Source of the DNA: Acidobacteriota bacterium
GTDB lineage: Bacteria > Acidobacteriota > UBA6911 > RPQK01 > JAJDTT01
DNA length: 64,000 nt
Assembly (NCBI GenBank): GCA_965209055.1
Contig: OZ242374.1
Span: 5,504,001 to 5,568,000 of the forward strand
Direction of reading: 5' to 3'
The notes below the pieces were generated by a model. That model did not search any database, was not told where the DNA came from, and saw only the letters and a program-made list of their open reading frames with translations. Shown piece by piece: positions 54,173 to 61,993 of the stretch (the first letter of the stretch is position 1; each line of letters opens with the position of its first letter). The position numbers and the translations under genes are program-made.

Positions 54173-56236
54173 CCCGTCCGGTTCCTGCGGCGGTGCCGGC
54201 GCGTGCTTTCTTGCAGAGACCGGATTCGTGACTCTAACGACGCGGAGCTTGAGCTTCTTGTTGGGGGCGGCGGTCGGGAACGGATTGATGCCGAGCTTAT
54301 AGCTTGCCGGAGACACTTTCAGGTTCACGTGGTATGCGATGAGCAGAAGATTGACGGCCATCTGAAGCTCCACCCACGGCCGCCCCAAGCAGACGTGCGT
54401 ACCCAGGCCATAGGGAGCGTAGGCCCCCGGCTGCAAATGCTCTGCCCGATCCGGCAGGTATCGGTCGATGTCGAATTTCAGCGGATCCTTGAACAAGTCG
54501 CCGGAGTAGTGTGACGCGGTCTGAGAGATCAGAAGCCGCGTCCCGGGAGGTATCTCGAAGCCACTGACGATGCACGGGTTCATGACTGTTCTCAACTGCC
54601 ACGGAATCACGGGATACAGGCGTCCGGTTTCCAGCAGGAGCCGCTGTGTGACGTCGATGGTTTCGCGAGTGAAGTCCTCCGGCTTCGGTTCACGCCCGTC
54701 ACCAAAAAGCGCCTCGGCTTCTCGACGGATCCCCGAGTACACATCCGGGTTTCGAACCATGCAATAGACGGCGAAGCCGAGCGCGCTCCCCAGGTAGATA
54801 CTGGCGACCATCGCCGCGACGAACGGAAAGGTGAGGTCCGTTTCGGGCAGGAACTGCGGGTCGTTTCGATGGAGTTCGAGGATGGCATCGGCAATATCCA
54901 GTGGCTTCCCCTTCCTCTGCGCCGGGGTGTGCGATGCGATGATCTCCTCTTGGAGTTGAACGACCCTCTGGGCCCCCTGCTTCATCCTGGGCGTGGACAG
55001 CATGAATTTCGGCAACAGGCCCTGAACCCCAATGACCAGCGCACGATGTTCGTACTCAAGCAGTTCGTCGACGTAGTGGCTGCAATCCACTCCCATCGTC
55101 AGGCTCGAGACCTGACGGCTGATATGGGTCTGGAGGGTCCCGGTTGCGCGGAAAACGTCGCCTTCGTTCCAGGAGCCGATCGATTGCCGGCAATGGTGGA
55201 TCAACTCCGGAAGCCGCCGTGCAAGCGTGGCACGGGAATAGGCACCGTGCAGGGACTTGCGCATCTTGAAGTGTTCGGCGCCATCCATGCCGGGAAGTGT
55301 TCGGGACGCGCCGAACAAACGCTCCAGCCCCTCGATGTAGTCCTTCGACCGGAGATAGAATCGGCCGTGCCGGTTGACCCACTGATTCGTGTCCGGCCCC
55401 ATCAAGGCGACGACGGGTTGCTTGTTCATCTTGAAGGGAACCCGGACGACCGGTCCGTGCTTCCGGAAGATTTCGTGCATCGCCTTGGCCATATTCCCGG
55501 AACGGAAGTCACGCACCCGCAGGAGGTCGACGATCCCGAGCTTCGGAATCGGTTTGGCTTGGAGAACCCGGCGGGTCTTCGGGTTGACGCTGCTCTGCTT
55601 CACCGCCTCGGCAACCGACCGCCCCACCAGATCCAACTGGGCGATGATCTCGATCCGATTGAGCTTTTCCTCGTAGTCTTCGGGCGAAAGCACCAGCTTG
55701 AATCCGTCGCAGGTATGCATCAATGCAACGAGAATGGCGTCGTGGGGATCCGGAATGGCGTCGGTCAAGATGGCGTCCAGGACTCTTGCCCTGGCTTCCT
55801 GACGGATCTTGTTGTCGGACGCCGAATAGCTTCCCGAGCGCGAAACGTCGCGCGAGAGCATCCAGAATCCGCCGCTTCGATACTCGAGAATTCCCCTCTC
55901 CACCAAGCGGTCCAGCGTGGCCGTTACGATTTCCTCGGAACGGGCCGCGTTCCGTTCAATCCAATACTGTGCCTCGAAGAGTTCCTTGGACTCGGCGATT
56001 TCGCTGAGCGTCGGATCGAGCAGGTTGTCTCCCGTTGGAGTCGAATCTGTGATGTACAGCACTTGCAGATCGGTGTCGATGCGATTTGCCAGCGCGAGAT
56101 CTGCGATTACGGCGCCCGCCATGACGCAGGAGAAGTTCCAGCCTGGAACCATCTCCAAATAGCCGCTCCGTTCGTTGAGCATCAGGAGGATCAGTTCTTC
56201 GGAAAGGCGAATTGGGATCTCGTCGACTTTGTTCAT
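54122..56236 (-). CDS. GOLPH3/GPP34-domain-cytochrome P450 fusion protein
   Basis: N-terminal ~210 aa GPP34 pattern (LSEELILL, AGAVIADLAL..RI, PTGD.LLD, LVERGIL); P450 ETGR (ExxR), FDIDRY, heme motif YGLGTHVCLG. Confidence 0.82.
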   Translation of the reverse strand: MNKVDEIPIRLSEELILLMLNERSGYLEMVPGWNFSCVMAGAVIADLALANRIDTDLQVLYITDSTPTGDNLLDPTLSEIAESKELFEAQYWIERNAARSEEIVTATLDRLVERGILEYRSGGFWMLSRDVSRSGSYSASDNKIRQEARARVLDAILTDAIPDPHDAILVALMHTCDGFKLVLSPEDYEEKLNRIEIIAQLDLVGRSVAEAVKQSSVNPKTRRVLQAKPIPKLGIVDLLRVRDFRSGNMAKAMHEIFRKHGPVVRVPFKMNKQPVVALMGPDTNQWVNRHGRFYLRSKDYIEGLERLFGASRTLPGMDGAEHFKMRKSLHGAYSRATLARRLPELIHHCRQSIGSWNEGDVFRATGTLQTHISRQVSSLTMGVDCSHYVDELLEYEHRALVIGVQGLLPKFMLSTPRMKQGAQRVVQLQEEIIASHTPAQRKGKPLDIADAILELHRNDPQFLPETDLTFPFVAAMVASIYLGSALGFAVYCMVRNPDVYSGIRREAEALFGDGREPKPEDFTRETIDVTQRLLLETGRLYPVIPWQLRTVMNPCIVSGFEIPPGTRLLISQTASHYSGDLFKDPLKFDIDRYLPDRAEHLQPGAYAPYGLGTHVCLGRPWVELQMAVNLLLIAYHVNLKVSPASYKLGINPFPTAAPNKKLKLRVVRVTNPVSARKHAPAPPQEPDGLGNRNGPRCPVTGIRA

Positions 56237-56313
56237 GATCTTCCAATCCTGATCGGTTGCCGCAATAGCAGTGTGTCCGCCTGACGCCGGCCAGTTACGA
56301 AACCGTACGATGC

Positions 56314-56328
56314 AGCCCCGTCATGGTG
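56314..56328. repeat. Right copy of the direct repeat flanking the insert
   Basis: AGCCCCGTCATGGTG, includes the MFP stop codon. Confidence 0.7.
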
Positions 56329-57508
56329 CCTCCTGGGGGCTGGAATCCTGCTGAACCTGGACCTTCATGCCGTCGACGACCGTGGTCAGCGTGGCCAGAG
56401 AGACCAGTTCACCCTCCTTGAGACCGGAATCGATGAGCACTCTCTCCCGTTCCAGGCGCACGACGTTGACGCGGCGGAAACGGAGCTTGGATTCCGGGTC
56501 CACGACCAGCACCTGGTCCTCGCCTCGAAGGGCCGCCCGGGGCAACGCGACGACATCCCGCATCAAACGGCCCTGGATTTCAGCTTCCACGAACATGCCC
56601 ACGGCGAGAGGGGGACGATCCGGATCGGGCCCCCGGCCATAAGGATCGGCAACCTGCGCGATGGCGTGGATCATCCGGGTCTGAGGATCGATGGTCCCAT
56701 CGGTCCGCACGATTCTCCCGGCCCAGGAGTGGTTCCGCTGGCCGAACTCGGACCGCAACCGGACGACGGGTTGGCGCTTCTGCGAGGCGTCGCCGCGGTA
56801 GCTGAGGGGCAGATCCACATACGCCAGCTCCTCGTCGGGAAGCGGTAGCCGAATCTCCGCATAGTCCACGGAATAGATGGTGGCCATGGGAGTCCCCGGG
56901 GTCACGTATTGCCCGATATCCACGTTTTTTCGAAGGACCCGCCCCGCGAACGGAGCGCTGATCCGGGTCTTTTCCAGGTTCCGTTCGGCCTGGGCCAAAG
57001 CGGCCTGAGCGGATGACAGTGCGGCCCGGGCCCGGGCGATCTGGGGCACTCGCCGCAACAGGGGACTGGCCTCCCCTTTTCCCAGACTCTGCCACTCCTT
57101 CCGGGCGACCTCGGCCTGCGCCTCTTCCGTCTCCAGGGAGAGTTGCGCCTGCGCGATCTGGGCTTCGGCCTGAACCACCTGGAGTTGGTAGTCCGTGGAG
57201 TCGATCCTGAGAAGTTCAGCGCCCGCCTCGAAGAAGCCCCCGTCCGCGAGAGAGGGGGAGACTTGCAGGACCCGGCCCGCTATCTCGGGGAACAACGTGG
57301 TCTGGGTTCGAGGAGCCACAGTCCCCTGGGACCTGACCGTCAGGCGGAGTGTTTGAAGCTCTGCGGGAACGGCTCGGATCACCGGAACCGGAACCTCCGG
57401 AGGTCGAGTCTCGACCACAGGCCGATCATTGAATATCTTCCAGGCCCACGCCGAGGCAACCGCCAAAGTCGCCACGGGCAGCAATACCTTCAGCAGAAGC
57501 TTGATCAA
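56321..57508 (-). CDS. RND efflux membrane fusion protein (resident operon)
   Basis: SQGTV.P, ISAPFAG, ID.QTRM, VGMFVEA; TTGA overlap with the OMF. Confidence 0.9.
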   Translation of the reverse strand: MIKLLLKVLLPVATLAVASAWAWKIFNDRPVVETRPPEVPVPVIRAVPAELQTLRLTVRSQGTVAPRTQTTLFPEIAGRVLQVSPSLADGGFFEAGAELLRIDSTDYQLQVVQAEAQIAQAQLSLETEEAQAEVARKEWQSLGKGEASPLLRRVPQIARARAALSSAQAALAQAERNLEKTRISAPFAGRVLRKNVDIGQYVTPGTPMATIYSVDYAEIRLPLPDEELAYVDLPLSYRGDASQKRQPVVRLRSEFGQRNHSWAGRIVRTDGTIDPQTRMIHAIAQVADPYGRGPDPDRPPLAVGMFVEAEIQGRLMRDVVALPRAALRGEDQVLVVDPESKLRFRRVNVVRLERERVLIDSGLKEGELVSLATLTTVVDGMKVQVQQDSSPQEAP

Positions 57509-58971
57509 TTTCCATTCTCTCCGGCAAAAGTCACCGGGAGGAGCGCTCCCGGCGCGCCCGGCGGGGCGCCGGGGTCAAAGCCGCCTCCCAGCGCCAAGTG
57601 CAGATCGATCCGATTTTCGAGGAGGAGTCGTTGAAGAGAGAGGATCTGACTCCTGGAGTTGAGGATGCGACGGTCCGTCTGCAACACCACCAGCATGTCC
57701 CCAAGACCGTGGCGATAGCGAAACCGGGCCTGTTCGCGGGCCGTTGCGGCCTCGGCGACTGATTCCTCCAGTTCGCGCAACCGATCTCTTAGAAAACTCT
57801 CGACCGACAGGGCCGTCTCGACCTCTCCGAAGGCCTGCAGCACCGCACCGGCGTAGGTTTCCAGGATTTCCTGGGACCGGCCTTGGGCAATGTCGACCTG
57901 ACGCTTGAGACGCCCTCCCTGAAAAATGGGCTGGACCAGGTTGCCCAGCAGGCTCCAGACGGCGAAGTCCGCGTTCAACAGGCTCAACAGACCTTTGGTG
58001 GCCGTTCCGCCGGCCGTGGTGAGACTCAGGCGGGGGTGCAGAGCCGATTGAGCCTGAACGATTCCCACATCGGAGGCCAGCAGACGCCGCTGCGCCGCGA
58101 TGAGATCGGGCCGGCGCGTCAGGAGCTGCGAGGGGACACCGGCCGGAACACCGGAGGCAACCTCGGGAAGGCTTTTTCCAGCTTGAAGATCCCCGTCGGG
58201 ATAGCGTCCCGCCAGGAGTTCGACTTGGCGAATACCGCGGTCCAACTGCTCGCGGCGGAGATGGATGGCGGATTCGGCGGCAGAAATGTCCGCCTCCACA
58301 AGACTGATTTCCAGGGCCGGCCCCAGACCCGCCTCAAAGCGGTTGCGGAGCCAACGAGAGGTCGCCTCGAAACTGGCCACCATCTCGCGGGCCAGAGCCA
58401 GTTGAAGATTCGCCTCCGAACAGGCGAACCAAGCCTTGGCCGTCTGGCCCGCCAACGAATGCCTCGCCGCCGCAAGATCCGCCGCATGCGCGGAGGCGAC
58501 AGCACCGGCCAGGATTTCGCCGCTGCGGATTCTGCCCCAAAGGTCCGCTTCCCAGTTGATGTCCAGGGAGGCGCCCAGGTTGGTGAACGTGGCCCGAGGC
58601 ACCCGGCCTTCGAAACCCGGTATGGGAAAACCGATGAAGTTCTGCCGCTGACGGCGCCCGTTCAAGCTGAGTCCAACCGACGGCATCCGGTCGGCGCCGG
58701 CGAGCTCGGCCTCGATCAGGGCCGTCTCCAAGCGGGCGGCGACGGCCCGCAGTTGAGAATTGTGGCGGAGCGTTTCCTTGATCAACGCATCCAATTGCGG
58801 ATCCCGAAACTGTTTCCACCAATGGACATCCACCTGCCCCTCCGTTGCCGTCCCCGAATCCCACGCCTCTGGAATCGGCAGACTCGGCTGCCTTTCGGGG
58901 GGTGCGGCGGTCCGGACGCAGGCGGCTCCCGAAAGCAGCATGGCCAGCAAGAGAAAGTGAGTGGATCTCAT
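57505..58971 (-). CDS. Outer membrane efflux lipoprotein (OprM/NodT family)
   Basis: Lipobox-like GAAC, WWKQF.D, WEADLWG, RRPDL, LALGGG; start ATG 58971. Confidence 0.9.
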   Translation of the reverse strand: MRSTHFLLLAMLLSGAACVRTAAPPERQPSLPIPEAWDSGTATEGQVDVHWWKQFRDPQLDALIKETLRHNSQLRAVAARLETALIEAELAGADRMPSVGLSLNGRRQRQNFIGFPIPGFEGRVPRATFTNLGASLDINWEADLWGRIRSGEILAGAVASAHAADLAAARHSLAGQTAKAWFACSEANLQLALAREMVASFEATSRWLRNRFEAGLGPALEISLVEADISAAESAIHLRREQLDRGIRQVELLAGRYPDGDLQAGKSLPEVASGVPAGVPSQLLTRRPDLIAAQRRLLASDVGIVQAQSALHPRLSLTTAGGTATKGLLSLLNADFAVWSLLGNLVQPIFQGGRLKRQVDIAQGRSQEILETYAGAVLQAFGEVETALSVESFLRDRLRELEESVAEAATAREQARFRYRHGLGDMLVVLQTDRRILNSRSQILSLQRLLLENRIDLHLALGGGFDPGAPPGAPGALLPVTFAGENGN

Positions 58972-59624
58972 CTGCAGTTTTCCCGTGATGGAATCGGAGT
59001 CCGAAAGCCGGCTGCCAGAAACGAAACCAGTCGGTCGACGACCTCGTCCACCTGGGACGGTTCCGGAACATCCAGAAAAAGGTTCTCCAGATTCTTCCAG
59101 TCGGCGATCACGTGAAGCGTATGGGACATGGCCCCTACCATGAAATGGAATCTCCAGAACGCTTCTTCCCTGGAAAGATGGGGCAGCCTTGGACCCAACG
59201 CGCCGGAAAAACGCTCGATCACTTCGGCGAACTGTCCATAAATCATCTCCCGAATCGCTCCGTCGGGCGAGTTGAAGGCCCGGGAGAGAAGCTGCATGAA
59301 ACGCATGCCGCCCCTCTCCGGATCCCGGATCAGTTGTACCGGAGGTCGTACGAACGCCTCCAGGATCTGTTCCAGGGAGGGCTCCCCCGCACCGCCGCCT
59401 GCCTGGCAACGGTCCAGGAGCGCCAGGCGCTGCCGATTGAGAGGAGACAGCCGAAGGGCGAAGAGTTCCTGGATCAGTTGATCCTTGGAACCGAAATGAT
59501 AGTGCATGGCGGCCAGATTCACTTTGGCCCGGGAGGTGATCATCCGAACCGAGGTCGCAGAGAATCCCCGATCCGCAAAGAGCCCTTCCGCCGCATTCAG
59601 GATCCTGGACCTGGTGGCCAGCAT
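58968..59624 (-). CDS. TetR/AcrR family transcriptional regulator
   Basis: TRSRILNAAEGLFA..GF..TSVR.I...A.VNLAAMHYHFGSK HTH. Confidence 0.92.
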   Translation of the reverse strand: MLATRSRILNAAEGLFADRGFSATSVRMITSRAKVNLAAMHYHFGSKDQLIQELFALRLSPLNRQRLALLDRCQAGGGAGEPSLEQILEAFVRPPVQLIRDPERGGMRFMQLLSRAFNSPDGAIREMIYGQFAEVIERFSGALGPRLPHLSREEAFWRFHFMVGAMSHTLHVIADWKNLENLFLDVPEPSQVDEVVDRLVSFLAAGFRTPIPSRENCR

Positions 59625-59636
59625 GGTTCTCCCGGT

Positions 59637-59663
59637 AAAACAATCGTTTTAAACGTACGATGG
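59637..59663. promoter_or_regulatory. Putative TetR operator
   Basis: AT-rich near-palindrome AAAACAATCGTTTT followed by a similar AAACGTACGAT, just upstream of tetR. Confidence 0.45.
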
Positions 59664-59863
59664 TTCTACACAAAACGCGATACGCCTGTCAATTGGATGC
59701 CGGCCGGGACGCTTCGATCCGGGCGGACCGCCGGAAAAACCTCCCGGAGTCGAAACCATGCTCGTTTCGTGGCCGAAAACGCTCGGCGCGGTTGGCGCCC
59801 TTTTCGACCGTTCCGAGTCCGCCGTTCGACGGGGCTGCAGCGTGGCGCAAGGACGCCAGGGCG

Positions 59864-60110
59864 CTACCTCCGGTGGATCGTCAGCTGGTCGAGCAGGAAA
59901 TCTTCCAGAAGTTCGTCGTCACCGGCCAAGTCCTGCACCCGCTCCCAGGGCAACTCCAGGCGGAAGCTTTTCACACGAAGATGGCTGATCTCTACCGAGA
60001 GCCCGCCTTCGCCCGATCCGACTTCGACCCGGGCGTCCGATCCCAGATGGAAGAGAACGAAATTGTCCAACTCTTCCAGGAATTTGCGCTTCGCCGTATC
60101 CCGGGGATCT
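59864..60110 (-). CDS. Small hypothetical protein (start unclear)
   Basis: C-terminal ~80 codons of ORF 59864..60472 look protein-like (KRKFLEELDNFVLFHLG...); no clear start codon. Confidence 0.3.
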
Positions 60111-60126
60111 CCTCCGAGAGCTGCGA

Positions 60127-60432
60127 TCAGACGAGCGCTCCCACTCCGGGAGGGATCTCGCCGGCCGGAGTCTCCGGAAAGGCCGCCAGGTCCTTCCGTT
60201 CCTGCGAGAAATTCTTGTCGTCGTCGAGGCCGCGGCCCAGGGAGTTGGACTCGACCGTCGGCGGGTTGTCTGCGGGAAAGTGGACGGGGGGTAACTCCGG
60301 GGGCGCCTGAATCTGGAAGGGTTCGCCGATGGGCATGGAGCCGGCAGCCTGCCCGGCAGGGGTAAGGGCGTAGCCGCTCGAGAGCGGCAGGCAGGCGGCG
60401 GAGGCCACTGCGGTGAGACAACGAAAATTCAT
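60127..60432 (-). pseudogene. Internally deleted di-heme cytochrome c peroxidase (CCP/MauG) remnant
   Basis: Signal peptide + P.LPPV..PADNPPT....LGR.L..DK..S joined directly to ERKDL.AF.E...GE.PP; no CxxCH. Confidence 0.55.
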
Positions 60433-60567
60433 GACGGACCTGTCTCCTCCAGAAAAAAACCGTGAGCGCCAACCACAGCGTTCGAAAGTAGTTTAACCCG
60501 AATCTCTGATGCTGTGCCTGGATCTACGGCGTATTTGAGCTCACCGGTACCGGAAACCGGGCGCGGA

Positions 60568-61599
60568 TTACGGCATATGCTCGACCAACTCCACAAGCAG
60601 TTCGCGGATTCGAGGAACCTGCGGCTCATCGATCTTCAGATGCCGATGGCGCCCGTGGCCACCCGGCTCGAAACGGGTCCGGCCTACCGGATCGAGGATC
60701 ACCTCCCCCGGTTCCGAGACCCGGAAGTCATCGCGTCCGGGGCGCACCCCGTATAGGACGCTGGTCAGATCCCACGTGGGCCGGTCCGGAAGGTTCGGGA
60801 CGTACAACTCGTAGGCCTCGCGGACGGGATGGCCCCCGGCGGCGCCGGCCTCTCGCCGCATGCGCTCTCCTGGGTAACGGATGGCCATCCCCACCTCGTA
60901 GGCGCTCACGACGATGGGCGTGGGCCAGGCGTCGAAGAGCTTTCGTGCGGACGGCAGATCCTTGTAGACATTGTACTCCCGCCCATCCTTCGGCCCGGGT
61001 TGACCGAAGCTGCCCGCCACCATGGAGAGCAGGCGGATCTTCCTGGCCGCCAGATCTCTTCCTTGAAGCGGGGAGTACCGGTCGGGTGGAGAATCGAGGA
61101 GACGGGCCAGGTTGGTGGAGAAACCCACCTGGAGCATGACCACCGATTGATCGGGCTGACCCGCCAATGTCCGCCGCAGCAAGGGGGTGGCCTCCTCCAC
61201 CTCGCCGGGACGAGTCAGAGATCGAGCATACCGCAGCCTGCCTTGATTCCCGGCTTCGCAGATTTGGCGAACATACCGGCCATCCAACGGCGTGGGACCA
61301 TTTCGGACGATCCCTATGGGGATTCCGGGTCTTCCGTAGTAGTGGTTGAGCAGATCGCAGTAGGCGGCCGCATAGAAGTTGTCCTTGCTGACGGTCACGG
61401 CCAGAAGCCGGCATTCTCCCCGGTCCTGAAGCGCGTGAATGACGGCGAGCGCCATGGCGTCGTCGACGTCGTTCCCCATGTCGGTGTCGTAGATCAGCCG
61501 CACCGGGCCGTCGGTCTCCTGCTCCACCGGTGCGCCAGAGACATCCCCATGGAGCCGGACAGCAACTGCCAGGAGAAGAATAAAGACTCCACGCATCAT
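60568..61599 (-). CDS. Nucleoside hydrolase (IU-NH) family protein, exported
   Basis: IYDTDMGNDVDDAMAL, GFSTNLA, EYNV, WDL; N-terminal signal peptide. Confidence 0.82.
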   Translation of the reverse strand: MMRGVFILLLAVAVRLHGDVSGAPVEQETDGPVRLIYDTDMGNDVDDAMALAVIHALQDRGECRLLAVTVSKDNFYAAAYCDLLNHYYGRPGIPIGIVRNGPTPLDGRYVRQICEAGNQGRLRYARSLTRPGEVEEATPLLRRTLAGQPDQSVVMLQVGFSTNLARLLDSPPDRYSPLQGRDLAARKIRLLSMVAGSFGQPGPKDGREYNVYKDLPSARKLFDAWPTPIVVSAYEVGMAIRYPGERMRREAGAAGGHPVREAYELYVPNLPDRPTWDLTSVLYGVRPGRDDFRVSEPGEVILDPVGRTRFEPGGHGRHRHLKIDEPQVPRIRELLVELVEHMP

Positions 61600-61909
61600 C
61601 GGATTCCCTTCCCGGCACTGACCGTTACAGCATGCGCCACTTGGCAGATTCGGTTTACTCGCGTTCAGGACTCTCCGGTTCTCGTACCAACCGGTTCGCC
61701 ATCCCAAGCGGCCGCGTGACCATTTCTCAATATCAATGGCCGACCAATTTACGACTTGCATCGTACGTCCGCAATCCACGTCGCCACTTACGAACCCACA
61801 TCCGGCCTCGACGCTTGCCGATGGCCGCCGTGGCAGGAGAGTGCACCCGGCCCAGTGATGGCTCCCTTCGACCAATCAATGATCAATATTCGACGCAATC
61901 CTGCACGAC

Positions 61910-61993
61910 ACTTTCAATCTGCCGCAGGTGAAAGTTACAATCTGCCGTGCCTGAAACTTTCAATCTGCCGCAGGTGAAAGTTACAATCTGCCG
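61910..61993 (+). repeat. Tandem direct repeat, 4 x 23-bp period (2 x 46 bp)
   Basis: CAATCTGCCG at 61915, 61938, 61961, 61984; 38-bp exact duplicate at 61910-61947 and 61956-61993. Confidence 0.92.

Larger units (their letters stand above)
45564..56320. mobile_element. ~10.8-kb genomic islet (putative sterol-modification cassette) inserted in an RND operon; no integrase seen
   Basis: Separates MFP (56321) from its RND permease (45559); flanking direct repeat; removal restores an ATGA overlap. Confidence 0.7.

Noticed and set aside
45564-56320. Islet as a transposon or prophage
   Set aside because: No transposase, integrase, phage genes or terminal inverted repeats seen; only the flanking direct repeat
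57505-59673. 722-aa OMF ORF overlapping tetR
   Set aside because: The upstream part is an alternative frame over tetR; the signal peptide starts at ATG 58971
61910-61993. Possible mini-CRISPR array
   Set aside because: Repeats are contiguous with no unique spacers, and no cas genes are present
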